Below, piece by piece: positions 1-12,400 of a DNA stretch of 64,000 bases. Positions within the stretch are counted from its first letter, which is position 1. Every line of letters starts with the position of its first letter. Where the stretch lies: the NCBI GenBank assembly GCA_964016885.1, contig OZ024753.1:30194001-30258000 (forward strand), written 5' to 3'. This stretch comes from Eledone cirrhosa (Eukaryota). Made by a program: the position numbers and the translations under genes. The notes below the pieces were generated by a model. That model was given only the letters and a program-made list of their open reading frames with translations. It was not told the DNA's origin and did no database searches.

Positions 1-95
1 GGAGATCTGTAGACCCACTTCAGTACTGACTAAGTCTATGTAAATGTGTTCAACCCTTGCTAGCAAGGAAAGCGGATGTTAAATCGATGATGATC

Positions 96-128
<33 letters not shown>

Positions 129-207
129 CACACACATTGGGTGGTCTTTTCTTTGTACGCTTATCTATTTTGTAAATATGTGTGTCTGTGTGTGTGTGTG
201 TGTCTGT

Positions 208-248
<41 letters not shown>

Positions 249-517
249 TGTCTGTGTGTGTGTGTCTGTCTGTCTGTCTGTCTGTGTGTGTGTGTCTGTC
301 TGTGTATGTGTGTGCACCTATATATAACATATCGAGTACTCTTTTCTTTGCACACCTATTATCCACCTTCAATATACACCACTAATGTATCTATTAAACA
401 GCTTACTCAGAAAGTAGATGTATGTATGTATGTATGTATGTATGTATGTATGTATGTATGTATGTATGTATGTATGTATGTGTGTATGTGTGTGTATGTG
501 TGTGTATATATGTATGT
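96..517. repeat. Compound microsatellite (TA)n/(TG)n/(TATG)n
   Basis: Directly visible simple repeats; these produce the spurious ORFs in 57-632. Confidence 0.95.
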
Positions 518-1127
518 ATTAATTAACACAATGCGAAAATATGAGAAAGGGAAAGTGCAGGACAGTAAGTCAACTGACTTAAATAAAAACTATGGCATAC
601 ATTTATTTCACCTGTTTAACAGACACATGTAATAACTTCTAGCATGTCACAATCAAAATATATAAACCTATTCTAAAAATTATGTTACCTAAATTAATTT
701 TTTATTCCTGCTACATTTTCCACTTATGATTCTGATATAAAATTATTTCTTACGCGATAGGAAATGTGAGTTTTAAGAGAATGTAAATTAGGTGAAAAGA
801 GGTACATTTATCAACGGTTTTATATCTGACACCTGTTGATTGCAAACTTTCCAACGTAGTTAATGTTGAATAATACATTTGAATTATAACTTATATTTAA
901 TGTTATAATATACGTTTGTTATAAAATATTAACTTTATAACAAACTTCATAATCAGTATATTTTTTTTATAATCAAACTCTATAAAAATAATTAATCCCA
1001 CAGCTCGGAATTTCCCAAAGGTGGAAACAAAGGGAATGAGATAAAAGAAAGAAAGGAAATATAAATAATAAATGAAGAATCAGTTACTTGATATGCACCA
1101 CTGATGTAAAATAAATCTTCGTCTTAC

Positions 1128-1362
1128 CTACGATTTTCACGAAACGTTGACCGGATCCAAAATTAAGGATACGTTCGCCTATGAAGAGACCATAAGAAAT
1201 GCGGGACCCTGAACGTGTGGAGTTCATAGTGTTGTTGACATATTTGATCTGGGGTTCCACTCTTACCCAGTAATCTGTCGCTAGGGATGCACACAGACAA
1301 ACAAGTGCAACAATTATTATGAACAAAGTCACTTGAACGTAACGGCGTTTTAGTTTTTCCAT
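1128..1362 (-). CDS. Clarin-family (CLRN-like tetraspan membrane protein) first coding exon, copy A
   Basis: Translation MEKLKRRYVQVTLFIIIVALVCLCASLATDYWVRVEP...ISYGLFIGERILNFGSGQRFVKIV. A basic N-terminus, TM1, the SLATxYW motif and YGLFxG...GxGxR match the clarin exon-1 pattern. Donor AG|GTAAGA at 1128/1127; 235 nt, phase 1. Confidence 0.85.
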
Positions 1363-1861
1363 TTCTTATATCCAAAGCGTCTGCTCTGTAACTTCTAACT
1401 TCTCACGAGGGAACGTTTTTTTCGTTTGTTTGTTTCAATTATAAAATAAAGAAGTTTTCCTAACAATATCTACAATTTCGTTAATACATATTTTCGTTAT
1501 TGTTCCCGATATAGTTGATTACGACTGCTAACATGATTATTAATGCAGGCGGTTATATCAGATCTTGTCGTCAAGACGAATGACCTGTCTACTTCTAACT
1601 GCTTCTATTTCCTATCACTTGCGCGCACACACACCCACAATAACATGTCGTCACCAGTTAAACAATATGATCAACACCCCATTGTACAACCACCGCGCAA
1701 CCAGCATCGACCGGGCTCTACATAAATTCAACAGTCTTTTATTGTCAATCATTTTCACTACATAACTTACTGAAGGGGATATGTAAACGAACATTACCTA
1801 CACACATTCCAGATCACCAGCGCGCGCACACATGAATGTGCTTTTGTGTACACACACACAC

Positions 1862-1864
<3 letters not shown>

Positions 1865-1943
<79 letters not shown>
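1865..1943. repeat. (TA)n microsatellite
   Basis: Pure TA run. Confidence 0.95.
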
Positions 1944-1952
<9 letters not shown>

Positions 1953-2187
1953 TAGGGTGTCCCCACAAAACGTATACATACTTTGATTACCTGTACAGGC
2001 AATATATTAAATGTATATAAATTAAATGTATATATGTATATATATATATATATATATGTAAAGTTATATTTAAATTGTTGGGTTGCAACTAGTAAATATT
2101 TATAACTGATATAAAAGCACTCGACAAATATTTGGAGTATATTTACAATATTAAATAAATGGAAACTATATTTATAAAACCATATTT

Positions 2188-2251
2188 ATTTCATTATATA
2201 TATTTCAGGGATATCATATTAACAATATGCTATGCCTTCCTCAGACAAAAT
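2188..2251 (-). ncRNA. Minimal type I hammerhead ribozyme-like motif (Penelope-associated type)
   Basis: Minus strand reads ATTTTGT-CTGAGGA-AGGCATAGCATATTGTTAATATGATATCCCT-GAAA-TATATATA-ATGAAAT. It has a CUGAnGA/GAAA core, an imperfect long stem II, a palindromic AT stem III, and stem I ATTTTGT/ATGAAAT with G-U pairs. Confidence 0.6.
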
Positions 2252-2440
2252 ACAATATAAACAGTTTTATAGATAAATAGATTCGACATACCGTAACAAC
2301 ATCTACTTGCATTTGAGAAGGTTGATTTGGTAGTGACAAAATTGTACACAGAGAGAAAGAAAGAGAGAGAGAAAGAGAGAAAAAAAGGAAAGAAAGACAG
2401 AAAACGAAGAAAAAGAAAAAGAAGAAATGCATGGAACAAA

Positions 2441-3385
<945 letters not shown>

Positions 3386-3564
3386 ACAGTTCAAGAGTAA
3401 CCAATCTTAAAGAGAGAGATGGAGATAGGAGAGGAGATATGAGAGGAGAGATTGGTGAGTTAGTTAGAAGCCAAAGCGTAAAGGCATGTGCTCAATGTGC
3501 AATATGCAGTAGAAAGCAGCTATGTGGCTGGGTTCATGCAGAAGTTAGGTGCGCAGAGCTGGAA

Positions 3565-3959
3565 ATATTCATTAGTTAAGCAAAACAAGACCATAAATTT
3601 CACAAGGAAGACATTATTAAAAGATTGTCAACATATTTTAGTTTGATGTAAGGAATGTAGAGAATAATAATAATAATATTAATAATAATTGTTTCTACGT
3701 TAGGCACAAGGCCAGCAATTACCCAGTGTATTACTGGTACTTTATTTTATCGACCCCGTAAGGATGAAAGGCAAAGTTAACCTCGGCGGGATTTGAACTC
3801 AGAATGGCAAGGGCCGTAACTCTAATAATAATGTCCGTTTACAATTATTTCGCTACTCCATATAATATTTCTGGATCAGATGACTATATATCATAATTGA
3901 TCTGGTTCAGTTGAAAATAATTAACATATTTAAAAGACAGAGCGGCTCATCGGAACTTC
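3565..3959 (+). repeat. Inverted duplicate of 4766-4986, interrupted by a SINE and a ~31-bp insert
   Basis: ATATTCATTAGTTAAGCAAAACAAGACC...GCGGCTCATCGGAACTTC is the reverse complement of 4766-4986 once the inserts are removed. Confidence 0.85.
3690..3822 (-). mobile_element. tRNA-derived SINE, dominant family (family 1), 5'-truncated
   Basis: Matches the >20-copy repeat (tgtttctac...ggcacaaggccagcaatt...aaggatgaaaggcaaagttaacctcggcgggatttgaactc). Flanked by a TAATAATAAT duplication. Confidence 0.9.
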
Positions 3960-4334
3960 AAAGGAATATAAATTAAAATAATGAGATAATGTTACATAAT
4001 ATAATGTTCCATATATTGGTTTTTACTATGGTGTCTTGGTTGCATCAGTTGTCAGCCATCATCAAGCAGTATTCATCTGTCGAGGCTGCATTGTGTGAGA
4101 TCTGCCTATGTGTAACAAGATGGCTGCCAAAGGGCATATTTACCTTACTAATTAGAGGGTGGTTTCAGGGGAAGTAACTTCTCGAGAGATTAGAAATTGT
4201 GGGTGTTTATAGTTAAGTGCTAATTTTTAAATTTTTTTTTAATTGAGAGACAATGTAGGGGAGGTAACTTATAATTATCGAGTTGTTCATAGCAATTTAA
4301 CTTATTAGCTACAAGTAAAAATGGGGCTACATGA

Positions 4335-4979
4335 CTAAGTTGGGTCAAAAATTCTATTGGCGAAGGAATTAGCCCTTCGATGTTGATAGCTAATAGTTAC
4401 CTCCGTTCTATCGTTAATCGGTAGAGGTCGTGATAGAGTTATGTAATATGCTTCCGTAATACAGAGATCACAAGATTTTCTTCGTCCATTGAACGGTTGG
4501 GCCCTATCCACGATATCCCATTTTAGTGAGTGTTGAACGTTGTTTAATTTAAGGTTTTTAATGAGCCTAGCTAGCGATGTCGAACATCTGTTGCTAGGGT
4601 CTCGGAAGGAAAAAGAGTGCGCGTTATAGCGTACCTTAAAAGGGTTAGAGGTAGACCCGATATAAGAGCTGGTATTCGAGGCAGTCTTAACCGTGCACCT
4701 ATAGACTATGTTGGGCGTCAGGCAGTGTCCATTTAATGGGCATGCATTGGGGCAACGGCAGTTGCGAAGTTCCGATGAGCCGCTTTGTCTTTTAAATATG
4801 TTAATTATTTTCAACTGAACCAGAAATATTATATGGAATAGCGAAACAATTGTAAACGGACATTATTAGTATTAATATTATTATTATTCTCTACATTCCT
4901 TACATCAAACTAAAATATGTTGACAATCTTTTAATAATGTCTTCCTTGTGAAATTTGTGGTCTTGTTTTGCTTAACTAA

Positions 4980-4986
<7 letters not shown>
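4335..4986 (-). mobile_element. Penelope-like retroelement 3' fragment encoding a GIY-YIG endonuclease
   Basis: ORF 4335-4814 has a CxCxxxCPLxGxC linker, then IVY...YIGST...FKxRYxxH and later CDLCxxE...N. This is the C-terminal GIY-YIG domain typical of Penelope-like elements. No RT core is present. Confidence 0.85.
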
Positions 4987-5057
<71 letters not shown>

Positions 5058-5125
5058 GTATATATATATATATGTAATGTATATATATATATATATATGT
5101 AATGTATATATATATATATGTAATG

Positions 5126-5156
<31 letters not shown>

Positions 5157-5195
5157 GTAATGTATATATATGTGTATATATATATATATGTAATG

Positions 5196-5264
<69 letters not shown>

Positions 5265-5299
5265 TCATCATCATCATCATTCATCATTATATGTATATA

Positions 5300-5378
<79 letters not shown>

Positions 5379-5517
5379 GGAGGGAGTTATAGTTCACTTG
5401 AAGCATTGTGTAATAAACGTTTGAATTTGTAAAGCCAAAACAATGCAGGTATGGACATTGCCAAGTCACGCATGACTTGGCAAGCTATTTAGAACACTGG
5501 TTTAACCGCTTTACTTC

Positions 5518-5552
5518 CCTCCGAAGAAGAGATATTATCTCGAAAATTAAGG
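5518..5552 (+). ncRNA. Minimal hammerhead ribozyme-like motif with a core variant (CCGAAGA)
   Basis: CCT-CCGAAGA-A-GAGAT-ATT-ATCTC-GAAA-ATTA-AGG. Stem I CCT/AGG, perfect stem II, palindromic AATT stem III. The conserved U4 is replaced by C. Confidence 0.6.
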
Positions 5553-5664
5553 ACATTTAAATAAATCTAAGGTAAAAGACTAATTGTCAACAATATCTTT
5601 TGCATTTACATTTGTTATTCTATGTCCAGACCTGCATTGTTTTGGCTTTACAAATTCAAACGTT

Positions 5665-5695
<31 letters not shown>

Positions 5696-5751
5696 TTCGT
5701 TTCTGAATTTGTTTAGCAAGATTCTTTATCTGAAATCGTGTGTTGAAACCG

Positions 5752-6199
5752 ATATTGTTATACTTTGGGAGGGTCATGTTGCCAATAAGAAACACACGCA
5801 CCAGTTGCTTTCACTTCAGTTTATTATATATTTATAAATTTACAAGTTTATAAATCTATAAATTTCTGGTTGGTTGGTTGGTTCCACAACCAGATAGTTG
5901 TTTATATATATAGTCATAGTCCTTTCGTCACACACAGAAACAAAATGGCATAGGACAGAACAAAGGAGAGGCACAGAAACAAAGAAAGGAATCCCCAGTC
6001 ACTGAAGAGGTCACAGAGTGTGTGACGAAAGGACTATGACTATATATAAACAACTATCTGGTTGTGGAACCAACCAACCAACCAGAAATTTATAGATTTA
6101 TAAACTTGTAAATTTATAAATATATAATAAACTGAAGTGAAAGCAACTGGTGCGTGTGTTTCTTATTGGCAACATGACCCTCCCAAAGTATAACAATAT
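5752..6199. repeat. Inverted repeat (~183-bp arms 5752-5935 and 6018-6199, 82-bp spacer), probable Penelope pseudo-LTR inversion
   Basis: Arms are reverse complements apart from one TA unit. A hammerhead motif spans the spacer/right-arm junction. Confidence 0.85.
5997..6041 (+). ncRNA. Minimal type I hammerhead ribozyme-like motif
   Basis: AGTCA-CTGAAGA-G-GTCAC-AGAGTGT-GTGAC-GAAA-GGAC-TA-TGACT. Stem I AGTCA/TGACT, stem II GTCAC/GTGAC, a very short stem III, and a CUA cleavage triplet at 6034-6036. Confidence 0.7.
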
Positions 6200-6310
6200 A
6201 TATATATATATATATGTATATGTATATATATGTATGTATATATATGTATATATATATATGTATGTATATATATATACGTATATATATATATGTATATATA
6301 TATATATGTA

Positions 6311-6353
<43 letters not shown>

Positions 6354-6380
6354 GTATATATGTATATATATATGTATCAG

Positions 6381-6431
6381 GGCTTCCTGATGATTTCTCC
6401 CGAATGAAACAGTTCTAGTCCTGTAGAAGCC
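6381..6431 (+). ncRNA. Type I hammerhead ribozyme-like motif
   Basis: GGCTTC-CTGATGA-TTTCTCCCGAAT-GAA-ACAG-TTCTAGTC-CTGT-A-GAAGCC. Perfect 6-bp stem I, 4-bp stem III and a GUA cleavage triplet (6423-6425). Stem II is weak, closing with a U-U mismatch. Confidence 0.75.
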
Positions 6432-6519
6432 ATTTCTATATTAAATATTTACACTCTGCTATGTATTGAGTACCTTACTTACTGTGGTTACCTCTGATTG
6501 AACCCGGGATAAACTTATA

Positions 6520-6576
<57 letters not shown>

Positions 6577-6718
6577 TCATCATCATCATCATCGTTTAAC
6601 ATCTATCTTCCACGCTAATATATATATATATGTAAAAGGTAAACAGAAATAACAACAAAATCAGTACAGTATATGGAAGGTATATATTAGGTTAACGCTT
6701 GATGTAGCAGGAAGAGGG

Positions 6719-6754
6719 TCTTAACGTTTTGGACGCTAGTCCTTCATCAGAAGA
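6719..6754 (-). ncRNA. Degenerate minimal hammerhead-like motif (GAAA changed to AAAA)
   Basis: Minus strand reads TCTT-CTGATGA-A-GGAC-TAGC-GTCC-AAAACGTT-AAGA. Stem II GGAC/GTCC and palindromic AACGTT are present; G12 is lost, possibly by CpG decay. Confidence 0.55.
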
Positions 6755-6859
6755 AAGAAGGAGAAATAAAATAGATTGAGGGGACGGGCGGGGTGGAATT
6801 GGAAAAAATGTCTTTAGATAAAAATAACAGGTCCATTCATGTTGACATCTCTTATATAT

Positions 6860-6909
<50 letters not shown>

Positions 6910-6929
6910 ACAGCAGTATAGTAGATAAG

Positions 6930-7260
6930 CAATTAAGGATATGAAAGAAGGGAAGGCAGCTGGATCATTAAACACCTGCCAGGTAGCTAGAAATATCTGA
7001 TATGGTAGGTTTCACAATAATCTCATGCATAATTAATCAAATAGTACAGAATGATGTGAGGCCCAGTGACTAATGCATTAGTAGCATCCTCAATTGTTAA
7101 AAGGGGGCAAATGTACTGGAGATGGAGGTAACTATAGATTTATTAAGTTGATGGATCTTAGTATGAATGTTACTGAAAGATTTGTAGCACACCTGACTAG
7201 GGACACACCTAAAAAGGGTTATCAGCTTTATGTCAGGAAAAAAGTGCTATTGATCCTTTC
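6930..7260 (+). mobile_element. Degenerate LINE reverse-transcriptase fragment (RTE-like)
   Basis: Frameshifted remnants of the KAAG and GNYRxIKLxDxxMxVxER motifs of the RT N-terminal region. Confidence 0.55.
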
Positions 7261-7849
7261 TTCTTTATGAGATAACTGTTTCTACTTTTGGCACAAGGCC
7301 AGCAATTACCCAGTGTATTACTGGTACTTTATTTTATCGACCCCGTAAGGATGAAAGGCAAAGTTAACCTCGGCGGGATCTCTTCTTTATGAGATAACTG
7401 CAGGAGATGTGCTAAACTAAGTGTAATAATGGTTTCTGCTGTAGGTGCAAGGCTAACAATTTGGAGAAAGGGGAAAGTCGATTAAATCGACCCCAGTACA
7501 TTACTTCAAAACTTCCACGTTTCCCGAAATTCACCAACACTACACCTGCTACCCCCCTCCATACACATGCATGCATGTATCTGTGTGTATATCATGACTG
7601 TTCACTTTCCTGACATTTGTACATTATTCTATGTACTATACATGCACCTTTGATTAAGTGTAGTGCACCTGAGCACTGTACACAATGGTTTGGCAGTATC
7701 GGTAGAGCGTCAGACACCATGCCTTTCATCCTTATGGGGTTGATAAAATAAAGCACCAGTAATGTACTGGGGTTAATTTAATCGACTTTCCCCTCCCCCC
7801 CCCAAATTACTGGCCTTTTTTTTGCCTATAGTAGAAATCATTATTATTT

Positions 7850-7985
7850 TTTTATACATGAAATCTGCCCTTTCCCTCTAAGAAAGATCCCTTTTGTAGC
7901 CAGCAGATGTTGTAGTTCTCTGAGCCAATTCCAGCAGATTCTAACTCTGGCTATTGTACTAACAGAACAGCCACCTCCACAGCCT
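7850..7985 (-). mobile_element. LINE (RTE-like) post-RT fragment
   Basis: GGGCSVSTIARVRICWNWLRELQHLLATKGIFLRGKG resembles the conserved region downstream of the RT domain in RTE-clade LINEs. Confidence 0.55.
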
Positions 7986-8546
7986 AAAGAACAGAAACTG
8001 TCATAGTTTATACAAATATTGAGCCACATTGTTAGTATGTTTTGATAAGAGGAATGAGCTAATATTTTGGAAATTGTCCCTCATTGAACATTCATTATAA
8101 TATATTTTATTTCAGCTGTTTTGTTCAATACATGGATAACTTTAGTGTGTATTATTGATTCACTATACTAATAGGGATAAGCTTCATTTTGTGATTGTTT
8201 ATAAAAGAAAGTATTTGTTTGCATACTCACTACATTTTCAAAGAGCTAATTATTTAATATAAGAGGGTTAGAGTCTCTGAATAAATATTTAAATTATTGG
8301 CTTCTGCACTTAACTTACTGTATATATTTAGTTAAACACTTATATATACAGAAACAGTATGTTTAGGCTGTTTATTTAGAATATTTGAGATATTTTCCAG
8401 GCGTTTTTTTTTTTTTTTCAATACATATGATACAAATTGGTGAAATGTGCATATTGTGACAGGCAAGGTACAATTCCCACCCACAGAGAGATGAGTTATG
8501 CTATGAACAAGTCTCTATTTATGGGCTTTGCCTGTCAGCTATCATG

Positions 8547-8751
8547 ATTTCTACTATAGGCACAAGGCCAGCAATTTGGGGAGAGGGGAAAGTCGATTAA
8601 ATTGACCCCAGTGCATTACTGGTGCTTTATTTTATCGACCCCATAAGGATGAAAGGCAAAGCTAACCTTGGTAGGATTTGAATTCAGACCGTAAAGGGCC
8701 ATAACTCTATGCCGCAAAGCATTGTGTGCGACGCTCTACCAATACTGCCAG
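8547..8751 (-). mobile_element. SINE family 1 (long variant)
   Basis: Near full-length match with an extra GGGGAAAGTCGATTAAA segment. Related copies lie at ~7278-7380, 7430-7503 and 7688-7838. Confidence 0.85.
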
Positions 8752-9292
8752 TATAATAACACCAAGTTGATAGTTTTTAGCTCCTCCATGTTAAGCGGTT
8801 TGAGCAGATCTATCTATAATCAAATTCGTTTCACTCACAACCATCTCATGTTTTTGTTCAAGCATGATGTACATTGTTCAATATGTTCTATTTTGTAAGA
8901 TGGTAATGTGTTGTTTGGGGGAGATATAGCTGCTATTTCTAACTAGGAAATCAACCGAGTAATGTTACACGATAGAGTGTGTAGCTCAAAAATCAGAGAA
9001 TCACACCAGGTAGAGCCACTACTTCTCCAAATCGAGAGATCACAGCTCCGATACTATGAGCATGTGGTTAGAATATCTTTCCAATACATTGGTTGTAATT
9101 TGATTGAAGAGATAATGATGGCATCATCATCATCATTATCATCATGGTTTTAATGTCCACTTTCTCTGCTAACAAAGGATGGATGACATGCAATAGATTA
9201 ATGGTTGCCATAACAACTTGTTGAGTTGATAATGCAGTGAAGAAGATAGCCAGGTAGTAATATAGGATGGTATGAACAATTAGCAAAAAGAT

Positions 9293-9443
9293 ATCATCAT
9301 AATGTTCATTTTCCACGCTAGCATGGGTTAGACAGGTCGTCCCATTTGACGTAAGTTGGATCGGGTGACTGTATCTTACCCTTATAGGACTGTTTCTGGC
9401 TTGGTTTCCCTGTTGGATGCCCTTCCTAATGTGAACCATATTA
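9293..9443 (-). mobile_element. 3' part of a (ATG)n-tailed SINE (family 3) hosting the 48-bp array
   Basis: Aligns by eye with 56860-57011 (ttttccacgctagcatgggttagacagg...ggatgcccttcctaat) and partly with 42836-42966. Confidence 0.7.
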
Positions 9444-12400
9444 ACAGTGTGGGCTGGGTGGTTGTTGTTGTGACTCCTACATGACCACCTTACAGTGTGG
9501 GCTGGGTGGTTGTTGCCGTGACTCCTACATGACCATCTTACAGTGTGGGCTGGGTGGTTGTTGTTGTGACTCCTACATGACCACCTTACAGTGTGGGCTG
9601 GGTGGTTGTTGTTGTGACTCCTACATGACCACCTTACAGTGTGGGCTGGGTGGTTGTTGTTGTGGCTCCTACATGACCACCTTACAGTGTGGGCTGGGTG
9701 GTTGTTGTTGTGACTCCTACATGACCACCTTACAGTGTGGGCTGGGTGGTTGTTGCCGTGACTCCTACATGACCACCTTACAGTGTGGGCTGGGTGGTTG
9801 TTGGCGTGACTCCTACATGACCACCTTACAGTGTGGGCTGGGTGGTTGTTGTTGTGACTCCTACATGACCACCTTACAGTGTGGGCTGGGTGGTTGTTGC
9901 CGTGACTCCTACATGACCACCTTACAGTGTGGGCTGGGTGGTTGTTGTTGTGACTCCTACATGACCACCTTACAGTGTGGGCTGGGTGGTTGTTGTTGTG
10001 ACTCCTACATGACCACCTTACAGTGTGGGCTGGGTGGTTGTTGTGGTGACTCCTACATGACCATCTTACAGTGTGGGCTGGGTGGTTGTTGCCGTGACTC
10101 CTACATGACCACCTTACAGTGTGGGCTGGGTGGTTGTTGTTGTGACTCCTACATGACCACCTTACAGTGTGGGCTGGGTAGTTGTTGTTGTGACTCCTAC
10201 ATGACCACCTTACAGTGTGGGCTGGGTGGTTGTTGTTGTGACTCCTACATGACCACCTTACAGTGTGGGCTGGGTGGTTGTTGCCATGACTCCTACATGA
10301 CCACCTTACAGTGTGGGCTGGGTGGTTGTTGTTGTGACTCCTACATGACCACCTTACAGTGTGGGCTGGGTGATTGTTGTTGTGACTCCTACATGACCAT
10401 CTTACAGTGTGGGCTGGGTGGTTGTTGTTGTGACTCCTACATGACCACCTTACAGTGTGGGCTGGGTGGTTGTTGTTGTGACTCCTACATGACCATCTTA
10501 CAGTGTGGGCTGGGTGGTTGTTGTTGTGACTCCTACATGACCACCTTACAGTGTGGGCTGGGTGGTTGTTGTTGTGACTCCTACATGACCACCTTACAGT
10601 GTGGGCTGGGTTGTTGTTGTTGTGACTCCTACATGACCACCTTACAGTGTGGGCTGGGTGGTTGTTGTTGTGACTCCTACATGACCACCTTACAGTGTGG
10701 GCTGGGTGGTTGTTGTTGTGACTCCTACATGACCACCTTACAGTGTGGGCTGGGTTGTTGTTGTTGTGACTCCTACATGACCACCTTACAGTGTGGGCTG
10801 GGTGGTTGTTGTTGTGACTCCTACATGACCACCTTACAGTGTGGGCTGGGTGGTTGTTGTTGCGACTCCTACATGACCATCTTACAGTGTGGGCTGGGTG
10901 GTTGTTGTTGTGACTCCTACATGACCATCTTACAGTGTGGGCTGGGTGGTTGTTGTTGTGACTCCTACATGACCACCTTACAGTGTGGGCTGGGTGGTTG
11001 TTGTTGTGACTCCTACATGACCACCTTACAGTGTGGGCTGGGTGGTTATTGCTGTGACTCCTACATGACCACCTTACAGTGTGGGCTGGGTGGTTGTTGC
11101 CGTGACTCCTACATGACCACCTTACAGTGTGGGCTGGGTGGTTGTTGCCGTGACTCCTACATGACCACCTTACAGTGTGGGCTGGGTGGTTGTTGCTGTG
11201 ACTCCTACATGACCACCTTACAGTGTGGGCTGGGTGGTTGTTGTTGTGACTCCTACATGACCACCTTACAGTGTGGGCTGGGTGGTTGTTGTTGTGACTC
11301 CTACATGACCACCTTACAGTGTGGGCTGGGTGGTTGTTGTTGTGACTCCTACATGACCACCTTACAGTGTGGGCTGGGTGGTTGTTGTTGTGACTCCTAC
11401 ATGACCACCTTACAGTGTGGGCTGGGTGGTTGTTGTTGTGACTCCTACATGACCACCTTACAGTGTGGGCTGGGTGGTTGTTGTTGTGACTCCTACATGA
11501 CCACCTTACAGTGTGGGCTGGGTGGTTGTTGTTGTGACTCCTACATGACCACCTTACAGTGTGGGCTGGGTGGTTGTTGTTGTGACTCCTACATGACCAC
11601 CTTACAGTGTGGGCTGGGTGATTATTGCCGTGACTCCTACATGACCACCTTACAGTGTGGGCTGGGTGGTTGTTGCTGTGACTCCTACATGACCACCTTA
11701 CAGTGTGGGCTGGGTGGTTGTTGCTGTGACTCCTACATGACCACCTTACAGTGTGGGCTGGGTGATTATTGCCGTGACTCCTACATGACCACCTTACTGT
11801 GTGGGCTGGGTGGTTGTTGTTGTGACTCCTACATGACCACCTTACAGTGTGGGCTGGGTGGTTGTTGTTGTGACTCCTACATGACCACCTTACAGTGTGG
11901 GCTGGGTGGTTGTTGTTGTGACTCCTACATGACCACCTTACAGTGTGGGCTGGGTGGTTGTTGTTGTGACTCCTACATGACCACCTTACAGTGTGGGCTG
12001 GGTGGTTGTTGTTGTGACTCCTACATGACCACCTTACAGTGTGGGCTGGGTGGTTGTTGTTGTGACTCCTACATGACCACCTTACAGTGTGGGCTGGGTG
12101 ATTATTGCCGTGACTCCTACATGACCACCTTACAGTGTGGGCTGGGTGGTTGTTGCTGTGACTCCTACATGACCACCTTACAGTGTGGGCTGGGTGGTTG
12201 TTGCTGTGACTCCTACATGACCACCTTACAGTGTGGGCTGGGTGATTATTGCCGTAACTCCTACATGACCACCTTACTGTGTGGGCTGGGTGGTTGTTGT
12301 TGTGACTCCTACATGACCACCTTACAGTGTGGGCTGGGTGGTTGTTGTTGTGACTCCTACATGACCACCTTACAGTGTGGGCTGGGTGGTTGTTGTTGTG

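Noticed and set aside
1794-1830. LVIWN motif plus donor-like site as a clarin exon 2
   Set aside because: The upstream frame runs into CA/TA microsatellite and lacks TM2 and the GPxGLY motif.
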